A stretch of DNA of 64,000 nt, taken from NCBI RefSeq assembly GCF_037042905.1, contig NC_087251.1:29452001-29516000 (forward strand), in the 5' to 3' direction. Of the stretch, positions 38,401 through 53,400 are shown one piece after another. A model generated the notes under the pieces. The model had not been told where the DNA came from, did no database searches, and saw nothing but the letters and a program-made list of their open reading frames with translations. The DNA is from Lytechinus pictus (lineage: Eukaryota). Positions within the stretch are counted from its first letter, which is position 1; every line of letters begins with the position of its first letter. Made by a program: the position numbers and the translations under genes.

Positions 38401-41400
38401 TTCCCCCGAAACCCCCCCAAATCAGCCGTCTTCGCTCCCTTGGATGTTTTAGCATCCTAACCGATTATTACAGCGAGAATCAAGAGGATCCAGGGAGTTT
38501 GAATTTTCGACCCCCTCGCCCCACCCGCGACATGGAAAATTGGGCAAAATTGGCCAAAATTGAGCAAAATAATATTTGTTCAATATTTCCCCCGAAACCC
38601 CCCAAAATCAGCGGTCTTTACTCCCTGGGATGTTTTAGCATCCTAACCGATTATTACAGCGAGAATCAAAAGGATCCAGGGAGTTTGAATTTTTGACCCC
38701 CTTGCCCCACCCGCGACATGGAAAATTGGGCAAAACTGAGCAAAATAATATTTGTTCAATATTTCCCCCTAAACCCCCCCAAATCAGCCGTCCTCGCTTC
38801 CTGGGATGTTTTAGCATCCTAACTGATTATTACAGCGAGAATCAAGAGGATCCAGGGAGTTTGAATTTTCGACCCCCTCGCCCCACCCGCGACATGGAAA
38901 ATTGGGCAAAATTGGCCAAAATTGAGCAAAATAATATTTGTTCAATATTTCCCCCGAAACCCCCCAAAATCAGCCGTCTTTGCTCCCTGGGATGTTTTAG
39001 CATCCTAACCGATTATTACAGCGAGAATCAAAAGGATCCAGGGAGTTTGAATTTTCGACCCCCTTGCCCCACCCGCGACATGGAAAATTGGGCAAAACTG
39101 AGCAAAATAATATTTGTTCAATATTTCCCCCTAAACCCCCCCAAATCAGCCGTCCTCGCTTCCTGGGATGTTTTAGCATCCTAACTGTTTATTACAGCGA
39201 GAATCAAGAGGATCCAGGGAGTTAGAATTTTCGACCCCCTCGCCCCACCCGCGACATGAAAAATTGGGCAAAATTGGGCAAAATTGAGCAAAATAATATT
39301 TGTTCAATATTTCCCCCGAAACCCCCCCAAATCAGCCGTCTTCGCTCCTTGGGATGTTTTAGCATCCTAACCGATTATTACAGCGAGAATCAAGAGGATC
39401 CAGGGAGTTTGAATTTTCGACCCCCTCGCCCCACCCGCGACATTGAAAATTGGGCAAAATTGGGCAAAACTGAGCAAAATAATATTTGTTCAATATTTCC
39501 CCCTAAACCCCCCCAAATCAGCCGTCCTCGCTTCCTGGGATGTTTTAGCATCCTAACTGATTATTACAGCGAGAATCAAGAGGATCCAGGGAGTTTGAAT
39601 TTTCGACCCCCTCGCCCCGCCCGCGACATAAAAATTGGGCAAAATTGGCCAAAATTGAGCAAAATAATATTTGTTCAACATTTCCCCCGAAACCCCCCCA
39701 AATCAGCCGTCTTTGCTCCCTGGGATGTTTTAGCATCCTAACCGATTATTACAGCGAGAATCAAAAGGATCAAGGGAGTTTGAATTTTTGACCCCCTTGC
39801 CCCACCCGCGACATGGAAAATTGGGCAAAACTGAGCAAAATAATATTTGTTCATTATTTCCCCCTAAACCCCCCCAAATCAGCCGTCCTCGCTTCCTGGG
39901 ATGTTTTAGCATCCTAACTGTTTATTACAGCGAGAATCAAGAGGATCCAGGGAGTTAGAATTTTCGACCCCCTCGCCCCACCCGCGACATGAAAAATTGG
40001 GCAAAATTGGGCAAAATTGAGCAAAATAATATTTGTTCATTATTTCCCCCGAAACCCCCCCAAATCAGCCGTCTTCGCTCCTTGGGATGTTTTAGCATCC
40101 TAACCGATTATTACAGCGAGAATCAAGAGGATCCAGGGAGTTTGAATTTTCGACCCCCTCGCCCCACCCGCGACATGGAAAATTGGGCAAAATTGGGCAA
40201 AACTGAGCAAAATAATATTTGTTCAATATTTCCCCCTAAACCCCCCCAAATCAGCCGTCCTCGCTTCCTGGGATGTTTTAGCATCCTAACTGATTATTAC
40301 AGCGAGAATCAAGAGGATCCAGGGAGTTTGAATTTTCGACCCCCTCGCCCCGCCCGCGACATAAAAATTGGGCAAAATTGGCCAAAATTGAGCAAAATAA
40401 TATTTGTTCAACATTTCCCCCGAAACCCCCCCAAATCAGCCGTCTTTGCTCCCTGGGATGTTTTAGCATCCTAACCGATTATTACAGCGAGAATCAAAAG
40501 GATCAAGGGAGTTTGAATTTTCGACCCCCTTGCCCCACCCGCGACATGGAAAATTGGGCAAAACTGAGCAAAATAATATTTGTTCATTATTTCCCCCTAA
40601 ACCCCCCCAAATCAGCCGTCCTCGCTTCCTGGGATGTTTTAGCATCCTAACTGTTTATTACAGCGAGAATCAAGAGGATCCAGGGAGTTAGAATTTTCGA
40701 CCCCCTCGCCCCACCCGCGACATGAAAAATTGGGCAAAATTGGGCAAAATTGAGCAAAATAATATTTGTTCATTATTTCCCCCGAAACCCCCCCAAATCA
40801 GCCGTCTTCGCTCCTTGGGATGTTTTAGCATCCTAACCGATTATTACAGCGAGAATCAAGAGGATCCAGGGAGTTTGAATTTTCGACCCCCTCGCCCCAC
40901 CCGCGACATGGAAAATTGGGCAAAATTGGGCAAAACTGAGCAAAATAATATTTGTTCAATATTTCCCCCTAAACCCCCCCAAATCAGCCGTCCTCGCTTC
41001 CTGGGATGTTTTAGCATCCTAACTGATTATTACAGCGAGAATCAAGAGGATCCAGGGAGTTTGAATTTTCGACTCCCTCGCCCCACCCGCGACATAAAAA
41101 TTGGGCAAAATTGGCCAAAATTGAGCAAAATAATATTTGTTCAACATTTCCCCCGAAACCCCCCCAAATCAGCCGTCTTCGCTCCCTTGGATGTTTTAGC
41201 ATCCTAACCGATTATTACAGCGAGAATCAAGAGGATCCAGGGAGTTTGAATTTTCGACCCCCTCGCCCCACCCGCGACATGGAAAATTGGCCAAAATTGA
41301 GCAAAATAATATTTGTTCAATATTTCCCCCGAAACCCCCCAAAATCAGCCGTCTTTGCTCCCTGGGATGTTTTAGCATCCTAACCGATTATTACAGCGAG

Positions 41401-44400
41401 AATCAAAAGGATCCAGGGAGTTTGAATTTTCGACCCCCTTGCCCCACCCGCGACATGGAAAATTGGGCAAAATTGGGCAAAACTGAGCAAAATAATATTT
41501 GTTCAATATTTCCCCCTAAACCCCCCCAAATCAGCCGTCCTCGCTTCCTGGGATGTTTTAGCATCCTAACTGATTATTACAGCGAGAATCAAGAGGATCC
41601 AGAGAGTTTGAATTTTCGACCCCCTCGCCCCACCCGCAACATGGAAAATTGGGCAAAATTGGCCAAAATTGAGCAAAATAATATTTGTTCAATATTTCCC
41701 CCGAAACCCCCCAAAATCAGCCGTCTTTGCTCCCTGGAATGTTTTAGCATCCTAACCGATTATTACAGCGAGAATCAAGAGGATCCAGGGAGTTTGAATT
41801 TTCGACCCCCTTGCCCCACCTGCGACATGGAAAATTGGGCAAAATTGGCCAAAACTGAGCAAAATAATATTTGTTCAATATTTCCCCCGAAACCCCCCCA
41901 AATCAGCCGTCTTCGCTCCCTGGGATGTTTTAGCATCCTAACTGATTATTACAGCGAGAATCAAGAGGATCCAGGGAGTTTGAATTTTAGACCCCCTCGC
42001 CCCACCCGCGACATGAAAAATTGGGCAAAATTGGCCAAAATTGAGCAAAATAATATTTGTTCAATATTTCCCCCGAAACCCCCCGAAATCAGCTGTCTTC
42101 GCTCCTTGGGATGTTTTAGCATCCTAACCGATTATTACAGCGAGAATCAAGAGGATCCAGAGAGTTTGAATTTTCGACCCCCTCGCCCCACCCGCGACAT
42201 GGAAAATTGGGCAAAATTGGCCAAAATTGAGCAAAATAATATTTGTTCAATATTTCCCCCGAAACCCCCCAAAATCAGCCGTCTTTGCTCCCTGGGATGT
42301 TTTAGCATCCTAACCGATTATTACAGCGAGAATCAAAAGGATCCAGGGAGTTTGAATTTTCGACCACCTTGCCCCACCCGCGACATGGAAAATTGGGCAA
42401 AATTGGGCAAAACTGAGCAAAATAATATTTGATCAATATTTCCCCCTAAACCCCCCCAAATCAGCCGTCCTCGCTTCCTGGGATGTTTTAGCATCCTAAC
42501 TGATTATTACAGCGAGAATCAAGAGGATCCAGGGAGTTTGAATTTTCGACCCCCTCGCCCCACCCGCGACATGAAAAATTGGGCAAAATTGAGCAAAATA
42601 ATATTTGTTCAATATTTCCCCCGAAACCCCCCGAAATCAGCCATCTTCGCTCCTTGGGATGTTTTAGCATCCTAACCGATTATTACAGCGAGAATCAAGA
42701 GGATCCAGAGAGTTTGAATTTTCGACCCCCTCGCCCCAACCGCGACATGGAAAATTGGGCAAAATTGGCCAAAATTGAGCAAAATAATATTTGTTCAATA
42801 TTTCCCCCAGAACCCCCCAAAATCAGCCGTCTTTGCTCCCTGGGTTGTTTTAGCATCCTAACCGATTATTACAGCGAGAATCAAAAGGATCCAGGGAGTT
42901 TGAATTTTCGACCCCCTTGCCCCACCCGCGACATGGAAAATTGGGCAAAATTGGGCAAAACTGAGCAAAATAATATTTGTTCAATATTTCCCCCTAAACC
43001 CCCCCAAATCAGCCGTCCTCGCTTCCTGGGATGTTTTAGCATCCTAACTGATTATTACAGCAAGAATCAAGAAGATCCAGGGAGTTTGAATTTTCGACCC
43101 CCTCGCCCCACCCGCGACATAAAAATTGGGCAAAATTGGGCAAAATTGAGCAAAATAATATTTGTTCAACATTTCCCCCGAAACCCCCCCAAATCAGCCG
43201 TCTTCGCTCCCTTGGATGTTTTAGCATCCTAACCGATTATTACAGCGAGAATCAAGAGGATCCAGGGAGTTTGAATTTTCGACCCCCTCGCCCCACCCGC
43301 GACATGGAAAATTGGGCAAAATTGGCCAAAATTGAGCAAAATAATATTTGTTCAATATTTCCCCCGAAACCCCCCAAAATCAGCCGTCTTTACTCCCTGG
43401 GATGTTTTAGCATCCTAACCGATTATTACAGCGAGAATCAAAAGGATCCAGGGAGTTTGAATTTTCGACCCCCTTGCCCCACCCGCGACATGGAAAATTG
43501 GGCAAAATTGGGCAAAACTGAGCAAAATAATATTTGTTCAATATTTCCCCCTAAACCCCCCCAAATCAGCCGTCCTCGCTTCCTGGGATGTTCATCCTAA
43601 CTGATTATTACAGCGAGAATCAAGAGGATCAAGGGAGTTTGAATTTTCGACCCCCTCGCCCCACCCGCGACATGAAAAATTGGGCAAAATTGGGCAAAAT
43701 TGAGCAAAATAATATTTGTTCAATATTTCCCCCGAAACCCCCCCAAATCAGCCGTCTTCGCTCCTTGGGATGTTTTAGCATCCTAACCGATTATTACAGC
43801 GAGAATCAAGAGGATCCAGGGAGTTTGAATTTTCGACCCCCTCGCCCCACCCGCGACATGGAAAATTGGGCAAAATTGGCCAAAACTGAGCAAAATAATA
43901 TTTGTTCAATATTTCCCCCGAAACCCCCCCAAATCAGCCGTCTTCGCTCCCTGGGATGTTTTAGCATCCTAACTGATTATTACAGCGAGAATCAAGAGGA
44001 TCCAGGGAGTTTGAATTTTAGACCCCCTCGCCCCACCCGCGACATGAAAAATTGGGCAAAATTGGCCAAAATTGAGCAAAATAATATTTGTTCAATATTT
44101 CCCCCGAAACCCCCCGAAATCAGCTGTCTTCGCTCCTTGGGATGTTTTAGCATCCTAACCGATTATTACAGCGAGAATCAAGAGGATCCAGAGAGTTTGA
44201 ATTTTCGACCCCCTCGCCCCACCCGCGACATGGAAAATTGGGCAAAATTGGCCAAAATTGAGCAAAATAATATTTGTTCAATATTTCCCCCGAAACCCCC
44301 CAAAATCAGCCGTCTTTACTCCCTGGGATGTTTTAGCATCCTAACCGATTATTACAGCGAGAATCAAAAGGATCCAGGGAGTTTGAATTTTCGACCACCT

Positions 44401-47400
44401 TGCCCCACCCGCGACATGGAAAATTGGGCAAAATTGGGCAAAACTGAGCAAAATAATATTTGATCAATATTTCCCCCTAAACCCCCCCAAATCAGCCGTC
44501 CTCGCTTCCTGGGATGTTTTAGCATCCTAACTGATTATTACAGCGAGAATCAAGAGGATCCAGGGAGTTTGAATTTTCGACCCCCTCGCCCCACCCGCGA
44601 CATGAAAAATTGGGCAAAATTGAGCAAAATAATATTTGTTCAATATTTCCCCCGAAACCCCCCGAAATCAGCCATCTTCGCTCCTTGGGATGTTTTAGCA
44701 TCCTAACCGATTATTACAGCGAGAATCAAGAGGATCCAGAGAGTTTGAATTTTCGACCCCCTCGCCCCAACCGCGACATGGAAAATTGGGCAAAATTGGC
44801 CAAAATTGAGCAAAATAATATTTGTTCAATATTTCCCCCAGAACCCCCCAAAATCAGCCGTCTTTGCTCCCTGGGTTGTTTTAGCATCCTAACCGATTAT
44901 TACAGCGAGAATCAAAAGGATCCAGGGAGTTTGAATTTTCGACCCCCTTGCCCCACCCGCGACATGGAAAATTGGGCAAAATTGGGCAAAACTGAGCAAA
45001 ATAATATTTGTTCAATATTTCCCCCTAAACCCCCCCAAATCAGCCGTCCTCGCTTCCTGGGATGTTTTAGCATCCTAACTGATTATTACAGCAAGAATCA
45101 AGAAGATCCAGGGAGTTTGAATTTTCGACCCCCTCGCCCCACCCGCGACATAAAAATTGGGCAAAATTGGGCAAAATTGAGCAAAATAATATTTGTTCAA
45201 CATTTCCCCCGAAACCCCCCCAAATCAGCCGTCTTCGCTCCCTTGGATGTTTTAGCATCCTAACCGATTATTACAGCGAGAATCAAGAGGATCCAGGGAG
45301 TTTGAATTTTCGACCCCCTCGCCCCACCCGCGACATGGAAAATTGGGCAAAATTGGCCAAAATTGAGCAAAATAATATTTGTTCAATATTTCCCCCGAAA
45401 CCCCCCAAAATCAGCCGTCTTTACTCCCTGGGATGTTTTAGCATCCTAACCGATTATTACAGCGAGAATCAAAAGGATCCAGGGAGTTTGAATTTTCGAC
45501 CCCCTTGCCCCACCCGCGACATGGAAAATTGGGCAAAACTGAGCAAAATAATATTTGTTCAATATTTCCCCCTAAACCCCCCCAAATCAGCCGTCCTCGC
45601 TTCCTGGGATGTTCATCCTAACTGATTATTACAGCGAGAATCAAGAGGATCAAGGGAGTTTGAATTTTCGACCCCCTCGCCCCACCCGCGACATGAAAAA
45701 TTGGGCAAAATTGGGCAAAATTGAGCAAAATAATATTTGTTCAATATTTCCCCCGAAACCCCCCCAAATCAGCCGTCTTCGCTCCTTGGGATGTTTTAGC
45801 ATCCTAACCGATTATTACAGCGAGAATCAAGAGGATCCAGGGAGTTTGAATTTTCGACCCCCTCGCCCCACCCGCGACATGGAAAATTGGGCAAAATTGG
45901 CCAAAATTGAGCAAAATAATATTTGTTCAATATTTCCCCCGAAACCCCCCAAAATCAGCCGTCTTTGCTCCCTGGAATGTTTTAGCATCCTAACCGATTA
46001 TTACAGCGAGAATCAAGAGGATCCAGGGAGTTTGAATTTTTGACCCCCTTGCCCCACCTGCGACATGGAAAATTGGGCAAAATGGGCCAAAACTGAGCAA
46101 AATAATATTTGTTCATTATTTCCCCCGAAACCCCCCAAAATCAGCCGTCTTTGCTCCCTGGGATGTTTTAGCATCCTAACCGATTATTACAGCGAGAATC
46201 AAAAGGATCCAGGGAGTTTGAATTTTCGACCACCTTGCCCCACCCGCGACATGGAAAATTGGGCAAAATTGGGCAAAACTGAGCAAAATAATATTTGATC
46301 AATATTTCCCCCTAAACCCCCCCAAATCAGCCGTCCTCGCTTCCTGGGATGTTTTAGCATCCTAACTGATTATTACAGCGAGAATCAAGAGGATCCAGGG
46401 AGTTTGAATTTTCGACCCCCTCGCCCCACCCGCGACATGAAAAATTGGGCAAAATTGGCCAAAATTGAGCAAAATAATATTTGTTCAATATTTCCCCCGA
46501 AACACCCCGAAATCAGCCATCTTCGCTCCTTGGGATGTTTAAGCATCCTAACCGATTATTACAGCGAGAATCAAGAGGATCCAGGGAGTTTGAATTTTCG
46601 ACCCCCTCGCCCCAACCGCGACATGGAAAATTGGGCAAAATTGGCCAAAATTGAGCAAAATAATATTTGTTCAATATTTCCCCCGAAACCCCCCAAAATC
46701 AGCCGTCTTTGCTCCCTGGGTTGTTTTAGCATCCTAACCGATTATTACAGCGAGAATCAAAAGGATCCAGGGAGTTTGAATTTTCGACCCCCTTGCCCCA
46801 CCCGCGACATGGAAAATTGGGCAAAATTGGGCAAAACTGAGCAAAATAATATTTGTTCAATATTTCCCCCTAAACCCCCCCAAATCAGCCGTCCTCGCTT
46901 CCTGGGATGTTTTAGCATCCTAACTGATTATTACAGCAAGAATCAAGAGGATCCAGGGAGTTTGAATTTTCGACCCCCTCGCCCCACCCGCGACATAAAA
47001 ATTGGGCAAAATTGGGCAAAATTGAGCAAAATAATATTTGTTCAACATTTCCCCCGAAACCCCCCCAAATCAGCCGTCTTCGCTCCCTTGGATGTTTTAG
47101 CATCCTAACCGATTATTACAGCGAGAATCAAGAGGATCCAGGGAGTTTGAATTTTCGACCCCCTCGCCCCACCCGCGACATGGAAAATTGGGCAAAATTG
47201 GCCAAAATTGAGCAAAATAATATTTGTTCAATATTTCCCCCGAAACCCCCCCCCCCAAATCAGCCGTCTTCGCTCCTTGGGATGTTTTAGCATCCTAACC
47301 GATTATTACAGCGAGAATCAAGAGGATCCAGGGAGTTTGAATTTTCGACCCCCTCGCCCCACCCGCGACATAGAAAATTGGCCAAAATTGGCCAAAATTG

Positions 47401-50400
47401 AGGAAAATAATATTTGTTCAATATTTCCCCCGAAACCCCCCCAAATCAGCCATCTTTGCTCCCTGGGATGTTTTAGCATCCTAACCGATTATTACAGCGA
47501 GAATCAAGAGGATCCAGATGGGTTTGAATTTTCGACCCCCTCGCCCCACCCGCGACATGGAAAATTGGGCAAAATTGGCCAAAATTGAGCAAAATAAAAT
47601 TTGTTCAATATTTCCCCCGAAACCCCTCCAATCAGCCGTCTTGGCTCCCTGGGATGTTTTAGCATCCTAACCGATTATTACAGCGAGAATCAAGAGGATC
47701 CAGGAAGTCTGAATTTTCGACCCCCTCGCCCAACCCTCGACATGGAAAATTGGGCAAAATTGTGCAAAATAATATTTGTTCAATATTTCCCCCAAAACCC
47801 CCCCAAATCAGCCGTCCTCGCTTCCTGGGATGTTTTAGCATCCTAACCGATTATTACAGCGAGAATAAAGAGGATCCAGGGAGTTTGAATTTTCGACCCC
47901 CTCGCCCCACCCGCGACATGAAAAATTGGGCAAAATTGGCCAAAATTGAGCAAAATAATATTTGTTCAAAATTTCCCCAGAAACCCCCCCCCCCCCAAAT
48001 CAGCCGTCTTCGCTCCTTGGGATGTTTTAGCATCCTAACCGATTATTACAGCGAGAATCAAGAGGATCCAGGGAGTTTGAATTTTCGACCCCCTCGCCCC
48101 ACCCGCGACATGGAAAATTGGGCAAAATTGGCCAAAATTGAGGAAAATAATATTTGTTCAATATTTCCCCCGAAACCCCCCAAAATCAGCCGTCTTCGCT
48201 CCTTGGGATGTTTTAGCATCCTAACCGATTATTACAGCGAGAATCAAGAGGATCCAGGGAGTTTGAATTTTCGACCCCCTCGCCCCACCCGCGACATGGA
48301 AAATTGGGCAAAATTGGCCAAAATTGAGGAAAATAATATTTGTTCAATATTTCCCCAGAAACCCCCCCCCCCAAATCAGCCGTCTTCGCTCCTTGGGATG
48401 TTTTAGCATCCTAACCGATTATTACAGCGAGAATCAAGAGGATCCAGGGAGTTTGAATTTTCGACCCCCTCGCCCCACCCGCGACATAGAAAATTGGCCA
48501 AAATTGGCCAAAATTGAGGAAAATAATATTTGTTCAATATTTCCCCCGAAACCCCCCAAAATCAGCCGTCTTCGCTCCCTGGGATGTTTCAGCATCCTAA
48601 CCGATTATTACAGCGAGATTCAAGAGGATCAAGGGAGTTTGAATTTTCGACCCCCTTACCCCACCCATGACATGGAAAATTGGGCAAAATTGGGCAAAAT
48701 TGGGCAAAACTGAGCAAAATAATATTTGTTCAATATTTCCCCCTAAACCCCCCCAAATCAGCCGTCCTCGCTTCCTGGGATGTTTTAGCATCCTAACTGA
48801 TTATTACAGCGAGAATCAAGAGGATCCAGGGAGTTTGAATTTTCGACCCCCTCGCCCCACCCGCGACATGAAAAATTGGGCAAAATTGGCCAAAATTGAG
48901 CAAAATAATATTTGTTCAATATTTCCCCCGAAACACCCCGAAATCAGCCATCTTCGCTCCTTGGGATGTTTAAGCATCCTAACCGATTATTACAGCGAGA
49001 ATCAAGAGGATCCAGGGAGTTTGAATTTTCGACCCCCTCGCCCCAACCGCGACATGGAAAATTGGGCAAAATTGGCCAAAATTGAGCAAAATAATATTTG
49101 TTCAATATTTCCCCCGAAACCCCCCAAAATCAGCCGTCTTTGCTCCCTGGGTTGTTTTAGCATCCTAACCGATTATTACAGCGAGAATCAAAAGGATCCA
49201 GGGAGTTTGAATTTTCGACCCCCTTGCCCCACCCGCGACATGGAAAATTGGGCAAAATTGGGCAAAACTGAGCAAAATAATATTTGTTCAATATTTCCCC
49301 CTAAACCCCCCCAAATCAGCCGTCCTCGCTTCCTGGGATGTTTTAGCATCCTAACTGATTATTACAGCAAGAATCAAGAGGATCCAGGGAGTTTGAATTT
49401 TCGACCCCCTCGCCCCACCCGCGACATAAAAATTGGGCAAAATTGGGCAAAATTGAGCAAAATAATATTTGTTCAACATTTCCCCCGAAACCCCCCCAAA
49501 TCAGCCGTCTTCGCTCCCTTGGATGTTTTAGCATCCTAACCGATTATTACAGCGAGAATCAAGAGGATCCAGGGAGTTTGAATTTTCGACCCCCTCGCCC
49601 CACCCGCGACATGGAAAATTGGGCAAAATTGGCCAAAATTGAGCAAAATAATATTTGTTCAATATTTCCCCCGAAACCCCCCAAAATCAGCCGTCTTTAC
49701 TCCCTGGGATGTTTTAGCATCCTAACCGATTATTACAGCGAGAATCAAAAGGATCCAGGGAGTTTGAATTTTCGACCCCCTTGCCCCACCCGCGACATGG
49801 AAAATTGGGCAAAACTGAGCAAAATAATATTTGTTCAATATTTCCCCCTAAACCCCCCCAAATCAGCCGTCCTCGCTTCCTGGGATGTTCATCCTAACTG
49901 ATTATTACAGCGAGAATCAAGAGGATCAAGGGAGTTTGAATTTTCGACCCCCTCGCCCCACCCGCGACATGAAAAATTGGGCAAAATTGGGCAAAATTGA
50001 GCAAAATAATATTTGTTCAATATTTCCCCCGAAACCCCCCCAAATCAGCCGTCTTCGCTCCTTGGGATGTTTTAGCATCCTAACCGATTATTACAGCGAG
50101 AATCAAGAGGATCCGGGGAGTTTGAATTTTCGACCCCCTCGCCCCACCCGCGACATGGAAAATTGGGCAAAATTGGCCAAAATTGAGCAAAATAATATTT
50201 GTTCAATATTTCCCCCGAAACCCCCCAAAATCAGCCGTCTTTGCTCCCTGGAATGTTTTAGCATCCTAACCGATTATTACAGCGAGAATCAAGAGGATCC
50301 AGGGAGTTTGAATTTTTGACCCCCTTGCCCCACCTGCGACATGGAAAATTGGGCAAAATGGGCCAAAACTGAGCAAAATAATATTTGTTCAATATTTCCC

Positions 50401-53400
50401 CCGAAACCCCCCGAAATCAGCCGTCTTCGCTCCTTGGGATGTTTTAGCATCCTAACCGATTATTACAGCGAGAATCAAGAGGATCCAGGGAGTTTGAATT
50501 TTCGACCCCCTCGCCCCACCCGCGACATGGAAAATTGGGCAAAATTGGCCAAAATTGAGCAAAATAATATTTGTTCAATATTTCCCCCGAAACCCCCCAA
50601 AATCAGCCGTCTTTGCTCCCTGGGATGTTTTAGCATCCTAACTGATTATTACAGCGAGAATCAAAAGGATCCAGGGAGTTTGAATTTTCGACCCCCTTGC
50701 CCCACCCGCGACATGGAAAATTGGGCAAAATTGGGCAAAACTGAGCAAAATAATATTTGTTCAATATTTCCCCCTAAACCCCCCCAAATCAGCCGTCCTC
50801 GCTTCCTGGGATGTTTTAGCATCCTAACTGATTATTACAGCGAGAATCAAGAGGATCCAGGGAGTTTGAATTTTCGACCCCCTCGCCCCACCCGCGACAT
50901 GAAAAATTGGGCAAAATTGGCCAAAATTGAGCAAAATAATATTTGTTCAATATTTCCCCCAAAATCAGCCGTCTTTGCTCCCTGGGATGTTTTAGCATCC
51001 TAACTGATTATTACAGCGAGAATCAAAAGGATCCAGGGAGTTTGAATTTTCGACCCCCTTGCCCCACCCGCGACATGGAAAATTGGGCAAAATTGGGCAA
51101 AACTGAGCAAAATAATATTTGTTCAATATTTCCCCCTAAACCCCCCCAAATCAGCCGTCCTCGCTTCCTGGGATGTTTTAGCATCCTAACTGATTATTAC
51201 AGCAAGAATCAAGAAGATCCAGGGAGTTTGAATTTTCGACCCCCTCGCCCCACCCGCGACATAAAAATTGGGCAAAATTGGGCAAAATTGAGCAAAATAA
51301 TATTTGTTCAACATTTCCCCCGAAACCCCCCCAAATCAGCCGTCTTCGCTCCCTTGGATGTTTTAGCATCCTAACCGATTATTACAGCGAGAATCAAGAG
51401 GATCCAGGGAGTTTGAATTTTCGACCCCCTCGCCCCACCCGCGACATGGAAAATTGGGCAAAATTGGCCAAAATTGAGCAAAATAATATTTGTTCAATAT
51501 TTCCCCCGAAACCCCCCAAAATCAGCCGTCTTTGCTCCCTGGGTTGTTTTAGCATCCTAACCGATTATTACAGCGAGAATCAAAAGGATCCAGGGAGTTT
51601 GAATTTTCGACCCCCTTGCCCCATCCGCGACATGGAAAATTGGGCAAAATTGGGCAAAACTGAGCAAAATAATATTTGTTCAATATTTCCCCCTAAACCC
51701 CCCCAAATCAGCCGTCCTCGCTTCCTGGGATGTTTTAGCATCCTAACTGATTATTACAGCAAGAATCAAGAGGATCCAGGGAGTTTGAATTTTCGACCCC
51801 CTCGCCCATCCCGCGACATAAAAATTGGGCAAAATTGGCCAAAATTGAGCAAAATAATATTTGTTCAACATTTCCCCCGAAACCCCCCCAAATCAGCCGT
51901 CTTCGCTCCCTTGGATGTTTTAGCATCCTAACCGATTATTACAGCGAGAATCAAGAGGATCCAGGGAGTTTGAATTTTCGACCCCCTCGCCCCACCCGCG
52001 ACATGGAAAATTGGGCAAAATTGGCCAAAATTGAGCAAAATAATATTTGTTCAATATTTCCCCCGAAACCCCCCAAAATCAGCCGTCTTTACTCCCTGGG
52101 ATGTTTTAGCATCCTAACCGATTATTACAGCGAGAATCAAAAGGATCCAGGGAGTTTGAATTTTCGACCCCCTTGCCCCACCCGCGACATGGAAAATTGG
52201 GCAAAACTGAGCAAAATAATATTTGTTCAATATTTCCCCCTAAACCCCCCCAAATCAGCCGTCCTCGCTTCCTGGGATGTTCATCCTAACTGATTATTAC
52301 AGCGAGAATCAAGAGGATCAAGGGAGTTTGAATTTTCGACCCCCTCGCCCCACCCGCGACATGAAAAATTGGGCAAAATTGGGCAAAATTGAGCAAAATA
52401 ATATTTGTTCAATATTTCCCCCGAAACCCCCCCAAATCAGCCGTCTTCGCTCCTTGGGATGTTTTAGCATCCTAACCGATTATTACAGCGAGAATCAAGA
52501 GGATCCAGGGAGTTTGAATTTTCGACCCCCTCGCCCCACCCGCGACATGGAAAATTGGGCAAAATTGGCCAAAATTGAGCAAAATAATATTTGTTCAATA
52601 TTTCCCCCGAAACCCCCCAAAATCAGCCGTCTTTGCTCCCTGGAATGTTTTAGCATCCTAACCGATTATTACAGCGAGAATCAAGAGGATCCAGGGAGTT
52701 TGAATTTTTGACCCCCTTGCCCCACCTGCGACATGGAAAATTGGGCAAAATGGGCCAAAACTGAGCAAAATAATATTTGTTCAATATTTCCCCCGAAACC
52801 CCCCCAAATCAGCCGTCTTCGCTCCTTGGGATGTTTTAGCATCCTAACCGATTATTACAGCGAGAATCAAGAGGATCCAGGGAGTTTGAATTTTCGACCC
52901 CCTCGCCCCACCCGCGACATGGAAAATTGGCCAAAATTGAGCAAAATAATATTTGTTCAATATTTCCCCCGAAACCCCCCAAAATCAGCCGTCTTTGCTC
53001 CCTGGGATGTTTTAGCATCCTAACTGATTATTACAGCGAGAATCAAAAGGATCCAGGGAGTTTGAATTTTCGACCCCCTTGCCCCACCCGCGACATGGAA
53101 AATTGGGCAAAATTGGGCAAAACTGAGCAAAATAATATTTGTTCAATATTTCCCCCTAAACCCCCCCAAATCAGCCGTCCTCGCTTCCTGGGATGTTTTA
53201 GCATCCTAACTGATTATTACAGCGAGAATGAAGAGGATCCAGGGAGTTTGAATTTTCGAACCCCTCGCCCCACCCGCGACATGGAAGATTGGGCAAAATT
53301 GGCCAAAATTGAGCAAAATAATATTTGTTCAATATTTCCCCCGAAACCCCCCAAAATCAGCCGTCTTTGCTCCCTGGGATGTTTTAGCATCCTAACCGAT